Shown piece after piece: positions 23,346 to 35,815 of a DNA stretch of 64,000 nucleotides. Under the pieces are notes generated by a model that searched no databases, was not told the origin of the DNA, and was given only the letters and a program-made list of their open reading frames with translations. Origin of the DNA: Centroscyllium fabricii (Eukaryota); contig JBNRSN020000005.1 in the NCBI GenBank assembly GCA_051313645.2, positions 164,982,001 through 165,046,000 on the forward strand, read 5' to 3'. A program made the position numbers and the translations under genes. Each line of letters opens with the position of its first letter. The stretch's first letter is position 1.

Positions 23346-23959
23346 AGTACAAAGCCACACTCAACCTCATCCTGTTGTGCCTCTCATCACATCCCCATCA
23401 CTCTGCCTTCCTATCCTACTCCTGCACATCCTTACTCACACCAACTTACCTTGCACCTCCACCTATTCCTCTCTCTCTATATTATCACTTTCCCAACTCA
23501 CTAGCCACCCCTCACATTCACCCTCATCCTAGTGCAATCATACCAACTGACAAAACACAAGGGCAGCCATTTGGGTGTTTTATCCAATGTTTATGTAAAG
23601 TTTCTGTTAATGTGTTGTCAAACATAAAAATCTTTATTTTCAACACTTTCTGGTCTTGGACAGATTTGTGTGCACCTTTGGAAGTGGCTTAGTGTGTTGC
23701 AGTGAATGGTGAGACTAATGGTACCCCCGCAATGGTGATGTGTGTGAAAGGAATGGCTTGGGCATTGTTGGGATGGTTTATTTTGTTGGTGTGGGGTGGT
23801 GCCAACCTGGCGCATCATGTGGCAGCCAGGGTGTACAGCATCCAGTGAAGTAAATCTGGCCATGGTGAGGCCATCCCTGGTCTCCCGGGCAGTAATGCAC
23901 TTGGGTGCTGATGCCCTCTGTCCTGTGCAGCATCAGGTGATTGCGCAGAGGTTGGTGAA

Positions 23960-26900
23960 AATTCTGGCCTATGTGTTGAAGTGAAATTGGTGGGATTCAT
24001 TTAATTTTAATTAATAACTAAAGGGTAAGTCATGGCAGGACAGCTCAGCACCGTAGTGTGCTCCTCCTGCTCTATGTGGGAAATCAGGGCCACTCCCACT
24101 GCACAGGCTGGGAGGAAAAAAAGGGGAAGAGCTATAGTGATAGGGGACTCAATTGTAAGGGGAATAGTTAGGCGTTTCTGCAGTCGCAAAGGAGACTCCA
24201 GGATGGTATATTGCCTCCCTGGTGCAAGGGTCAAGGACGTCTCGGAGCGGTGACAGTTCATTTTGGAGGGGGAGGGCGAACAGCCAGTTGTCGTGGTGCA
24301 CATAGGCACCAACAATATAGGTAAAAAACAGGATGAGGTCCTAAAAGAAGAATACAGGGAGTTAGGAGGTAAATAAAAAAATTGGACCTCAATGGTAGTA
24401 ATCTCAGGATTGCGACCAGTGCCACATGCTAGTCAGAGTAGAAATAGGAGGATATTACAAATGAATACGTGGCTAGAAGAATGGTGCCAGGGGGTGGGAT
24501 TCAAATTCCTTGGATATTGGAAGCGGTTCTGGGGGAAGTGGGACCAGTACAAACGGGACGGTCTGCACCTGGGCAGGGTCGGGACTGATGTCCTAGGGGG
24601 AGTGTTTGCTGGTGCTGTTGGGGAGGATTTAAACTAAAGTGGCAGGGGGTTGGGAACCTGAGCAGGGAGACAGAAGAAAGGGAAACCAGAATAAATGCAA
24701 AAGACAGAAAGGAGAAAAGCAAAATTCGAAGGCAGAGAAATCAATGGGTTAAATCAAACATGGTCACAGGAGATAATAATTCATATAGGTCTGAGAGTGT
24801 GAAAAAAATAAGCCTGAAGGCTTTGTGTCTTAATGCAAGGAGCATTTGGAACAAGGTAGGTGAATTAGCTGCGGAAATAGAGGTAAACAAATACAATTTG
24901 ATTTGGATCACAAAAACATGGCTCCAGGGTGGCCAAGGCTGGGAACTCAACATTCAGGGGTATTCAATATTTAGGAAGGATAGGCAAAAAAGAAAAGGAG
25001 GTGGGGTAGCATTGCTGGTTAAAGAGGGGATTAGCACAATTGAATGGAAGGATATTAACTCTGATGATGCGGAATCTGTATGGGTAGAACTGAGAAATAG
25101 CAAGGGGAAGAAAACGTTAGTGGGAGTGGTATATAGACCTCCAAACAGTAATACGGAGGTTGGGGAAGGCATTAAAAGGGAAATTAGAGAAGTATGCAGT
25201 AAGGGCACAGCTGTCATCATGGGTGACTTTAATTTACATATAGATTGGGCTAGCCAAATTAGTAAAACTACTGTGGAGGAGGAATTCATGGAGTGTATAC
25301 GAGACAGTTTCCTGGACCAATATGTCGAGGAAGGAACTCGGGATCAGGCCAGCTTAGACTGGGTATTATGCAATGAGAAAGAATTAATTAGCAATCTTGT
25401 TGTACCCCTTGGGTCGGAGCGATCATAATATGATCAAATTATCACTTAAGATGGAGAGTGAAGAAATTGACTCAGAGACTAAGGTCCTGAATTTAAGTAT
25501 GATGGTATGAGAGGCAAGTTAGGTAGGATTGATTGGATGGTGTCGCTCGGGGGGTTGATGGTGGATGGACAATGGCAAACACTGAAAGATCGAATGGACG
25601 AATTACAGAACTTGTTTATCCCAGTTTGGCATAAAAACAAACCAAAAAAGGTGACTCAACCGTGGATAACAAGGGAAATTAGAGATAACATAAAATCCAA
25701 AGAAAGGGCATATAAATTGGCCAAAAAAAGCAACAGACCTGAGAATTGGGAGCAGTTTAGGATACAGCAAGGGAAGACAAAGGGATTAATTAAGAGGGGG
25801 GAAATAGATTATGAATGTAAGCTTGCGGCGAACATAAAAACTGACTCCAAAAGCTTTTATAGATATATTAAGAGGAAAAGATTGGTGAAATCAAGTGTAG
25901 GTCCCTTGCAGTCCGAATCAGGGGAATATATAATGGGGAACAAGGAATGGCAGACCAATGAAATACATATTTTTGTTCTGTCTTCACAAAGGAGGGCACA
26001 AATAACCTCCCAGAGATGTCGGGAAACATAGGGACTAACGAGAGGGAGGAACTGATAGAAATCAATAGGGATATGCTGTTGAGGAAGTTGAAGGGATTAA
26101 AGGCCGACAAATCCCCAGGGCCTGATAATCTACATCCTAGGGTACTTAAGGAAGTGGCCCTGGAGATAGCAGATGCATTGCTGATCATCTTCCAGAACTC
26201 GATAGACTCTGGAACAGCACCCATCGATTGGAGGGTAGCTAACGTTACCCCACTATTCAAAAAAAGGCGATAGAGAAAAAGCGGAGAATTATAGACCAGT
26301 AAGCCTGACATCGGTAGTGGGGAAAATGCTGGAGTCCATTATTAAAGATGTAACAGCAGTACACTTGAAAAACAGTGACGGGATCGGACAGAGTCAACAT
26401 GGATTTACAAAAGTTAAATCATGCTTGACTAATCTACTGGAATTTTTTGAGGATGTAACTGGTAAAATAGATAGGGGAGAACCAGTAGACGTGGTGTATT
26501 TGGACTTTCAGAAAGCTTTCGATAAGGTCCCTCATAAGAGATTAGCGTGCAAAATTAAGGCTCATGGGATTGGGGGCGAGGTATTGACTTGGATAGAGAA
26601 CTGGTTGGCAGATAGAAAACAGAGAGTTGGAACAAACGGGTCGTTTTCTGAGTGGCAGGCAGTGACTAGTGGGGTACCGCAAGGATCGGTCCTAGGACCC
26701 CAGCTGTTCACAATATATATTAATGATCTGGATGAGGGAATTGGATGTAATATCTTCAAATTTGCCAACGACACAAAGCTGGGTGGGCATGTATGCTGTG
26801 AGGAGAGATGTCGAGAAACTCCAATGTGAGTTGGACAGGTTGGGAGATTGGGCAGATACATGGCAAATGCACTATAATGTGGATAAATATGAGGTTATCC

Positions 26901-27692
26901 ACTTTGGTGGCAAAAACAGGAGGGCAGATTATTATTTGAATGGCAATAGATTGGGAGATGGGGGAGTGCAAAGAGACCTGGGTGTTCTTGTGCACCAGTC
27001 ACAGAAGGTAAGCATGCAGGTGCAACAGGCGGTTAAGAAGGCAAATGGTATGCTGGCCTTCGTAGCGAGAGGGTTCAAATATAAGAACAAGGATGTCTTG
27101 CTGCAGTTCTACAGGACCTTGGTGAGACCACACCTTGTGTATTGTGTGCAGTTTTGGTCGCCTCATCTGAGGAAGGACGTTCTTGCCATGGAAGGAGTCC
27201 AGCAAAGATTCACCAGGCTGATACCTGGGATGGCAGGAATGACGCATGGGGAGAGATTGAGTCGACTGGGCTTATACTCGCTGGAGTTCAGAGGATTGAG
27301 AGGGGATCTCATCGAAACCTATAAAATTCTGTCAGGCCTGGACAGACTGGATGCAGGAAGGATGTTTCCAATGAAAGGGGAGACCAGAACCAGGGACCAT
27401 AGTCTAAGGATAAGGGGAAAGCCATTTAGGACTGAGATGAGGGGTAATTTCTTCACCCAGAGAGTGGTGAACCTGTGGAATTCTCTGCCATATAGGGCGG
27501 TGGAGGCCAGTTCATTAAATATATTCAAGAAGGAGTTGGATGTATTTCTTCAGGCTGAAGGGATCAAGGGATATGGGGAGAAGGCAGGGACAGGGTACTG
27601 AATTTGGATGATCAGTCATGATCTAATTGAATGGCGGAGCAGGCTCAAAGGGCCGAATGGCCTACTCCTGCTCCTATCTTCTATGTTTCTAT
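23960..27692 (+). mobile_element. Near full-length CR1 (HER1-like) LINE, decayed
   Basis: ORF1 from 24032 (CxxC start, internal deletion, SGNH esterase IVIGDSIVRG..DGLH); ORF2 about 24760-27601 ([24 protein letters not shown]) with frameshifts; 3' UTR and CTATGTTT tail. Confidence 0.95.
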
Positions 27693-29254
27693 GCTGTTGG
27701 TGTGGCAGGTGTGCCTGGTGCTGCTAGTGTTGGGGCTCATCGTGGCCTGATTCTGAGGACCAAGGTGAGACAGTATAAACGGCACCCATGTTGATGGAAT
27801 AGATGGCAGGTGAAGTACAGATGACAGAAGCATTCTGTCAACAGTGAGAGAGTTCTTCCAATGAAGTGACACTGGATGGAGACTTTGCTAGACTCATTTG
27901 CAGTCTGCAGAATCTGTGCTGAAGTGGACTGAGCAACAGCTTCTGCCTGAGGAAAGTGATCATCCGTCAGGTCAGAGCTTTTACTGTACATTTGATGCTG
28001 TCAAGTTATCAGCTGGAGCAATGGCCACTGAACTCCCGCCTCAGGTTGACAGACATGGTCCCGAAGCTGCGTGAATCTCGTGGCCATGCAGGGAAATTTA
28101 GAAGTAAATGATAAAAGGCTCTTAAGTGCCTGTAAACTAACTGATAATCATCTCAATTGGGTTGCCCACTGCTGCCGGTCGGGTCGGCTCCGCAATGACA
28201 GACGCTCCTGGGGGAAAGGCTGTTTATATTTCAGATTCCCAGCATCTGAAAAAAATTTCCTTTTGTATTAACCGACTTAGTTGTTAATCAATTTCTTAAA
28301 TTCTAGTAAATGAACTATTTTTTTGTCATCTGTACTTTCTGCCATCATCTGTTGTACAATTTTGGTTATTTTACCCTCTTTGTTACACTACAGCATCTTA
28401 CACAGACAGACTATTTGTCCACTATAATTAAATGCTTGAACAGAACACATCACTGTGAATACCTGATAGACCAACAAAATAGTATGCAGAGTACATAAAT
28501 GTACAATCCCCTTCCATAACACCCGCATCAACATTTAGACACTTGCAGAGACAAATAGGAGGAAAACTGAAATGATGGCAGGAGTAACAAAGGTTACAAA
28601 GAGTAACAAAGCAAGGATCAAAGGTTAAAAAAATGCCCCATCAAAATCGACAGTGCCAAAAAGAAACTTCAAAGGAATGATGCCTTAACACTGCTGTAGT
28701 TTTATTTAAACATCAGTGCTCTGGGAGCCACATGAAGACTGCAGCGACAAACTAATAGACATATCCACGTGCAATAACCATCCTTGTAATCACTGGGGAA
28801 AAAATTCAGATTTGTGCCACTAAAAGTTGAATTTTTCATGACAAAATGAGGCAGCTAAATTTTGACGGATTTTCATTACTGATGGAACTTTTGAGGAAAA
28901 ATCAGAGTGCAGGAGAGGACCCTGTATGTGTTGATGCTTTTACCTATTGCAGTCCTTTCAGTCATCAAAGCAAATATCATTCCTAAACCTGATAATACAG
29001 CCAAGTACAGATCGACCCAACCATACAGATTCTGAGCATGTCCAACCATTTACTGAAAACAGCTTTCAAGGAAAGCACTGCCTGGGTGTGGGGGGGGGGG
29101 GAATTGATCTTTTATGGGCTGATGTCACATGATCTGTTCAGTGACCTTTTCTCCATGTGCTACAAACCAGCACAATTCTCATATGAAAGGAATAACCAAA
29201 TAGGCATGGCAAACTGGTCCAGGAAATAGCAGCTTTCAGTAAATATTTTGTTGT

Positions 29255-29436
29255 TTTTTTATTCCCTCCTGGGATGTGGGCTTCACTGGCAAGGCCAGCA
29301 TTTATTTCCCATCCCTCACTACCCTTGACAAGGTGGTGGTGAGCCGCCTTCTTGATCTGCTGCAGTCCGTGCGGTGAAGGTACTCCCACAGCTCTGTTAG
29401 GGTGGGAGTTCCAGGATTTTAGCCCAGCGACGATGA
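29255..29436 (-). mobile_element. 3' end of the CR1-group LINE family seen at 4965-6660
   Basis: Reverse copy of HGLQRFKKAAHHHL..AATAAATGCTGGCC tail. Confidence 0.75.
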
Positions 29437-29439
29437 ATG

Positions 29440-30468
29440 AACAGTAGAGTACCGCAGGGATCAGTGCTAGGACCCCAGCTATTCACAATATATATTAATG
29501 ATCTAGACGAGGGAACTAGATGTAATATCTCCAAGTTTGCAGATGACACAAAGCTGGGTGGGCATGTGTGCTGTGAGGAGGATGCAGGGAAACTTCAGTA
29601 TGATTTGGACAGGTTGGGTGATTGGGCAGAAGCATGGCAGATGCAGTATAATGTGGATAAATGCGAGATTATCCACTTTGGTGGCAAAAACAGAAAGGCA
29701 GATTATTATCTGAACGGCAATAGATTGGGAGAAGGGGAAGTGCAACGAGACCTGGGTGTCCTTGTGCACCAGTCGCTGAAGGTAAGCATGCAGGTGCAGT
29801 AGGCGGTTAAGAAGGCAGATGGTATGTTGGCCTTCACACCGAGAGGATTTGAGTTCAAGAGCAAGGATGTCTTGCTGCAGTTGTACAGGGCCTTGGTGAG
29901 ACCACACCTTGAGTATTGTGTGAAGTTTTGGTCGCCTTATCTGAGGAAGGATGTTCTTGCTATGGAGGGAGTGCAGCAAAGATTCACCAGACTGATACCT
30001 GGGATGGCAGGAATGATGTATGAGGAGAGATTGGGTCGATTAGGCTTATATTCACTGGAGTTTAGAAGAATGAGAGGGGATCTCATTGAAATTTATAAAA
30101 TTCTAACAGGACTAGACAGACTAGATGCAGGAAGGATGTTCCCGATGGCGGGCGAGTCCAGAACCAGGGGTCACAGTCTAAAGATAAGGGGTAAGCCATT
30201 TAGGACTGAGATGAGGAGGAACTTCTTCACCTAGAGAGTGGTGAACCTGTGGAATTATCTACCACAGAAGGCAGTAGAGGCCAATTCATTCAATATATTC
30301 AAGAAGGAGTTGAATATATTTCTTAAGGCTAAAGGGATCATGGGATATGGGGAGAAAGCAGGTATGGGGTACTGAATTTGGATGATCAGCCATGATCTCA
30401 TTAAATGGTGGAGCAGGCTCGAGGGGCTGAATGGCCTACTCCTGCTCCTATCTTCTATGTTTCTATGT
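29440..30468 (+). mobile_element. 5'-truncated CR1, same subfamily as 23960-27692
   Basis: [33 protein letters not shown] and 3' UTR; in-frame stops. Confidence 0.95.
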
Positions 30469-32082
30469 ATCATATGACTACCAGGATGGTAGAAGGTGAA
30501 CTAGATGTCCTTGGTCTTTTTCCCTCCAGCAATCCCTATGTTACTATGTGATCAGGAGCAAGGACCCAAAGCCAAGTTTCTCCTCCTTCGAGTAGCTGAG
30601 GTCAATAGTCAGGCCTCTGCCACTGCTCTGACCTAGGTCAGTTAACTCAACACAAAGCTGCCCTTTGCTACTGAATCAGTTGATGGTGACTCTGGAGAGG
30701 GTCAGGCGAATCTCTTCAGCAGCTGCCAAGGGGGTTTGTGGTCATTGCTCCTCTTCTGGCTCCAAATGAGCCACCTTGCAAAAATGGAGGGGAACCACTG
30801 AACCGAACATGGCCTCCACCAGTGAGCGAAAAAGAGTTACAGTGTTCTCCAAAAATTTCTGAAGCTGAAAAAGAATTTTTTTATTCAAAGGCCACAGGAG
30901 CAGCTTGCCCCTTTTAATGCACCTAAATGCAAGCTCTGGAAGCTAATGCACCAGTTTTATTTTGGGAGCAGTTTGCCCTGGAACTGCATCCAGCACGAGA
31001 ACAGGAAGTCTAAATGCAAGGTCCCTGACACCCATTAGCATGCAACTTACACTGGCGCGCCCACTTCTGGTGCAACTACCTGTCAAGCCACACAGGAGAT
31101 GCAGCTACCGTGTTATTCAGAAGCAAATGGGGCCAAAGGATTGGCGCCCACTTTCCCTATACATAGTGTCCATTCTTCAACCACTTGCTTAGGTGCTAAA
31201 CCTGGAAAATTGTCTCTAATTGCTTTCTTAAGATTCTGAAAAATATTAAAAAGTTTCAAAATAGAGATGATTGAAAAATATTGGTCTTTCATGATTGTAA
31301 ATAAGAGGATTTATCATGGCTGGCAGTGAGGCGAGATAATTACCTGTTGAGTGGTGTCGTAGCCAGCCTTGCGAGTGGCGATTATGATATCTCACCGCTG
31401 GCTTATGTGGTGTTCCAATTATGTTATATGATTAAATTATAATCTAGAAGCTGGCAGCATGGCACTGAGCATTAGCACTCTCTGCTCTGTCAAATGGGTT
31501 TAATAATAGAACCTAGCTTACAACTGTGATGCCGTTAAATGTGCTGTTTATGGAACAGCGGTGTTATGTGGTGTGAAAGTTACAATCAAAGTGTCCTGAC
31601 TCACATTTTTCAGAAGCCTTTTCCCTCCCTGCGGGCTGCAAACTTTGTGGGGTGGCTGATGAAGTGGTCAAGGGGTAGGGGTTGTGAAAGGCAGAGTTGG
31701 CTGCTGATTTATTGGCTCTGTAATCGGATGCCGTCATGGTAACACTCAGAGAGGAGGTTCTGGGAGAGAAGTGAAGACGGGCAGAATTTAAACTCATAAG
31801 GAGATGCCAAGGGAAAATGTGACAGAAATGGCCATAGTCAAAGCATTATCTCTGTAACCTCCTCCAGCCATACAACCCTTCGAGATCTCTGCACTCCTCC
31901 AATTCTGGCCTCTTGCGCATCCCCCAGTTTAATCATTCCACCATTGACGGCCGTGCCTTCAGCTGCCTGAGCCCCAAGCTGCAAAATTCACTCCCTAAAC
32001 CTCTCTACCTCTCTCTCCTCCTTTAAAACACTCCTTAAAGCCTACCTCTTTGACCAAGCTTTTGGTCACCTGTCCTACCATC

Positions 32083-33756
32083 TGTAAGGGGTTTGCGCCG
32101 TGCTTTCGCAACCTAGGGTCCTATTGCCTTGCTCTAGCCACCGGCCAGGCCTCACGCAATGATCACCCGTGAGTGGTTCGACCCACTCGCCCTTACGATT
32201 CTATACGCTGGACTTAGATGCAGGAAAGAGTAATGCAGAGAAAGGACTCGATCAAACTTGGCTTGAGTGAAAGTTTAAATGGATCTTTATTGTTGTAAAC
32301 ATCATAACAAACACATCATCATCTTAGGACATACACATCCTATATTCAAAACGGTAGTATCAAAAATATATATATATATATATATATATATCTTACACAC
32401 TATTATCCTCATAAATGGGGAACACACGACACATCGAAAAGGGGCAACACTCTATCGGTTACCCTATAAAAACCACCCTCCCCTCTAATGCCTAAACTAT
32501 GTCCAGGTGTGTAGGATCGGGGAACATGCTCACCACTCGGTTAAACTCGGGGTCTGCTACGAGGTTCGTGTCTTTCCGTTGCAGTTCTGGTTGTCACGTG
32601 GCTGTGGAAGCTTCGGGAGCTCACTTGTTCACGTCTCCCTCACGGCGGCGGTTGGCTCTGCTCGGGCTGGCCCCGGGCAGGTTTCTCGAGATGCTGGACA
32701 CGCCAGCAGTCGGTATAACTCAAAGAGGAGTCTTCCTTCTCTGTCTACCCCTCTTCAACGCTCAACTGCCTGCCTTACGGTGCGCTGGACCGCGCTGTCT
32801 TCCTCGCTAGACCGGGCCCTGTGGTGAGCCAGCCTGCACTATCGAGCCAATCTGTGACTGTCTGCCTTTCCTTCGTCTGCTAGATTGTCTCGCCGGGCTA
32901 CGCTGCCCGTTCTGTACTCGACTTAACTGCCGAACTGTGTCTCCGTGCTCGGTCAGTTCCTTCAGCACCTTCGGTAATACTCTGCGATACTCTGCAGATT
33001 GCTCCGCAGATTACGCATACACCAGCCCCCTCCGATCCAGCACTACTCAGCTTCAGCAGGCTGCAACCGATGCTCAGCAGATTCAGCAAGCAACTCAACA
33101 GCCACTGCTCAACAGTACTGATTGTGTGGACTCTGTAGTCTTGTTATATTTTGAAACTATGGGCTTATCTCCCGCCCAAATCGTGATAAGTCTTTTGTAC
33201 GAATAAATGGCTCGGAAGCCTCTGTTGTCTTGTTAACCTGGATTGCCCGAGAACGGGCCCAACTATCTGTGAAGTGTTTTTCTTTGTCGGCAATTATGTT
33301 AATGGCGTACCGATGGTTTTGCTGTTAAATCTTAAGTCTGGCTAACCGGGTCAGTCAATCGGTTTCTGGCAGTGTCATATTTAAACTTGTTAAAAGGTGT
33401 TCCTTATTGTCTGGCTAACCGGGCCAGTCAATCGGTTTTGGGAGGGCTTGTTTAATCTCACAAGAAGTGTCATTCCTCAGCGCCTCCATGTCTGGGCGCT
33501 GGCAAGTTTTCGCGGGCTTTTACAAAGCCAATACATAATGTTGTCTGGTCGGCAGTTAAGTTTATTCAGGAGATGTACTGGAAAGTTCTGGTCGGTTGGT
33601 CACGGGGTCTGGTGGCCATCTTAGAGGCCCCTCTCTCTCTCTTTCAAGAAGCCGCAGCCCTTTTCTGTGTTGCAGCCATTTTGTCTAATAAAATGTTCAA
33701 ATTAAACTGGCTTTTCTCCTGTCGTTCTTGAATCGCGGTAATTGCGAACTTTTACA
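32083..33756 (-). mobile_element. Long (1674 bp) solo LTR of unassigned LTR element
   Basis: TGTAA...TTACA ends, 4-bp TSD CATC (32079-32082, 33757-33760); minus-strand GC box (~33175), ATATAA (33144-33149), AATAAA (32286-32291). Confidence 0.8.
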
Positions 33757-33844
33757 CATCTCATGTGGTTCGGTGTCAAATGTTGTTTGATAACATTCCT
33801 GTGAAGTGCCTTAGGATGTTTTACTATGTTAAAGGCACTATATA

Positions 33845-34199
33845 CAGGGGACTCTTGTTTAACCGGTACCAAAATATCCGTAATTCTCTATTAACCGGCA
33901 AAATTCTCATCCGAAAACAACACCTCAATAACCAGCAATGCTGCCGAGTCCAAGTCCGAGTCTCCTGTGGTGGCTGAGTTAATCAGTGGGGGTAGTTCTC
34001 CAAACTGTCACAATCCACATCCATTTAACACAATATTCTGTAGGTGAGTACCCAATTACTGTATACTGCACATTTCTTGATTTTTTAAATATTTCTTTGT
34101 TAAAAACGCCTCAGTAGATAACCCTCTCCGTTATCCAGAAATGTTGATAAACCGGCAAAACGCCGGTCCCGTCAGTGCTGGATATCAAAGAGTTTCCTG
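33845..34199. mobile_element. Tigger/pogo-like MITE
   Basis: CAGGGGACTCTT / AAGAGTTTCCTG imperfect TIRs with TA on both sides, inside the L2 tail. Confidence 0.75.
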
Positions 34200-35815
34200 T
34201 AAATACAAGTTGTTGTTGTTGCATAGAGCAGTGTTGCTCACAATACAGCCGAGGGACCATTTGTAGCACAGCTCCCCTTCACCCATGGCCCTCAAGTCTT
34301 TCATTCCCAACCTACACTGTGGTGGGTTGTTGACTGCACTGGGTTTCAATGATATTTCTTGCAAAAAGGCAAAGAAATGCAATTATGAGGTCGAGTTGTC
34401 CCAGCTTCCATAAAGCAAATGGAAGGGGCTTAATAAAAAAAAATTAATAGAACTATTGGTTCTATAGTGTTTTTGTTTTACTTTCTGGGTGAAAGTGGGA
34501 GTTCTGCTTTACACAAAGAGTGATCAGAAGTGGACTTCTAGGTTGGACAGTACGAGCAAAATGCCTGGATTCAATTAAAAAACCGCTGGACGCTGTGATG
34601 GAAACGGTGGGTTAGAAATTGGTCACCTTTGCACCCATTTTCCGGCAAGGCAAGGGGCCTGAAATTCATGCGCTGCTAAGGGCGAGCTGCCTGGGAACGC
34701 ACAACAGGCGCTGGCAGCCTGGGTAAACTATCGCAATGAGGCCCAAGATCCAACCTCCTATTTGAGGCACATGCTGCCTGCGCAGCACCGATTCTGGGCA
34801 TGAAGAGAAGGTCCAGATAGGTGGGTCATCCTGGATAGGCGAACTGGAATGGACTGAATGGCCTTCCTCAAACAAATGTACATTGTGATGTCGGGGTCGA
34901 TTTTGACTTTTGGGTGGTTGATCCCCTTAATATTGCAATCAGGTTCCTAACTGCATCATTCGGAGGCCCAAGTTTAATCAGAAATAAGCCTATCGCCTGT
35001 TTTAAGGGGACGCTCGAGTTGCCCTGGGGTCGGCCTCTTTCAAAATGGTGGCAGCCGGGGTTAAGTTTACCGACCCCATTTAGAGGCCCTTACTGCTTCA
35101 TTAATGCCGGCTTTTCCAAGTGAAAATAGGCCACATTGTGCATGGCCTACACTCCCCGATTTACATCAAGGCCATCGACAAAAAGTTAGGAAACGTTGGC
35201 CTAGGGGGATTAAAAAAACACATGAAGGCCTGCAAAACAACAAGAAACAGGTTCCAGTGGTGAACATGTTTGAGGTTTTACATATCTTGCAGGTTGTGAT
35301 TAGGATGATTAATCCAATCAAAATTAATCTCCATACCAGTCCTGAGAAACACCAATGAATTTTAGTATTTTGGGAGTTAACAGAGGCAGGAATTTCATTT
35401 TGAAGAGGTAATGCTAGCTGTGATAGAAGGACCTTTTTATTCGTGTTGAAGCCTTTAAGAGAAAATCATTAGGCCAGTTCACACAGCTGTGTTTCAGGAA
35501 ATGAGACCTGCGGCTCTCTTAAATTATTCCAAGAATCACTTAGTGAAGTTATTTCAAAACCAAATGTTAATTGAAATATGACAGATAAATTTTGTTTTTC
35601 TGTAATTACATTTAATATAATTTCCTGAATGATCAATCCCCATGTATTCCGGTAAGCCACGAATCTCCAGACTGCAGAATAGTCTTTGTACGAATTTCTT
35701 TTTGGTTTATTCTTCTGATTTCCATCCTGTTTCTGCATTTGTTTATCATTCCTTTCTCTTTCTTCGCATTGACCTTCTCCCTCTTATTGCCTCTGTGCCT
35801 ATTCTTAAACCTGAA

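Larger units (their letters stand above)
31845..34220 (+). mobile_element. L2 3' end split by a long LTR and a MITE
   Basis: L2 C-terminal coding (GRAFSCL.P.L.NSLP..FKTLLK.YLFDQAF) to 32082, resumes 33757-33844, ends AAATACAAGTTGTTGTTG at 34200-34220. Confidence 0.8.

Noticed and set aside
32083-33756. Definite endogenous foamy virus LTR or accessory ORF
   Set aside because: Length and TSD are compatible but no viral coding sequence is present; the short ORFs are unrecognisable
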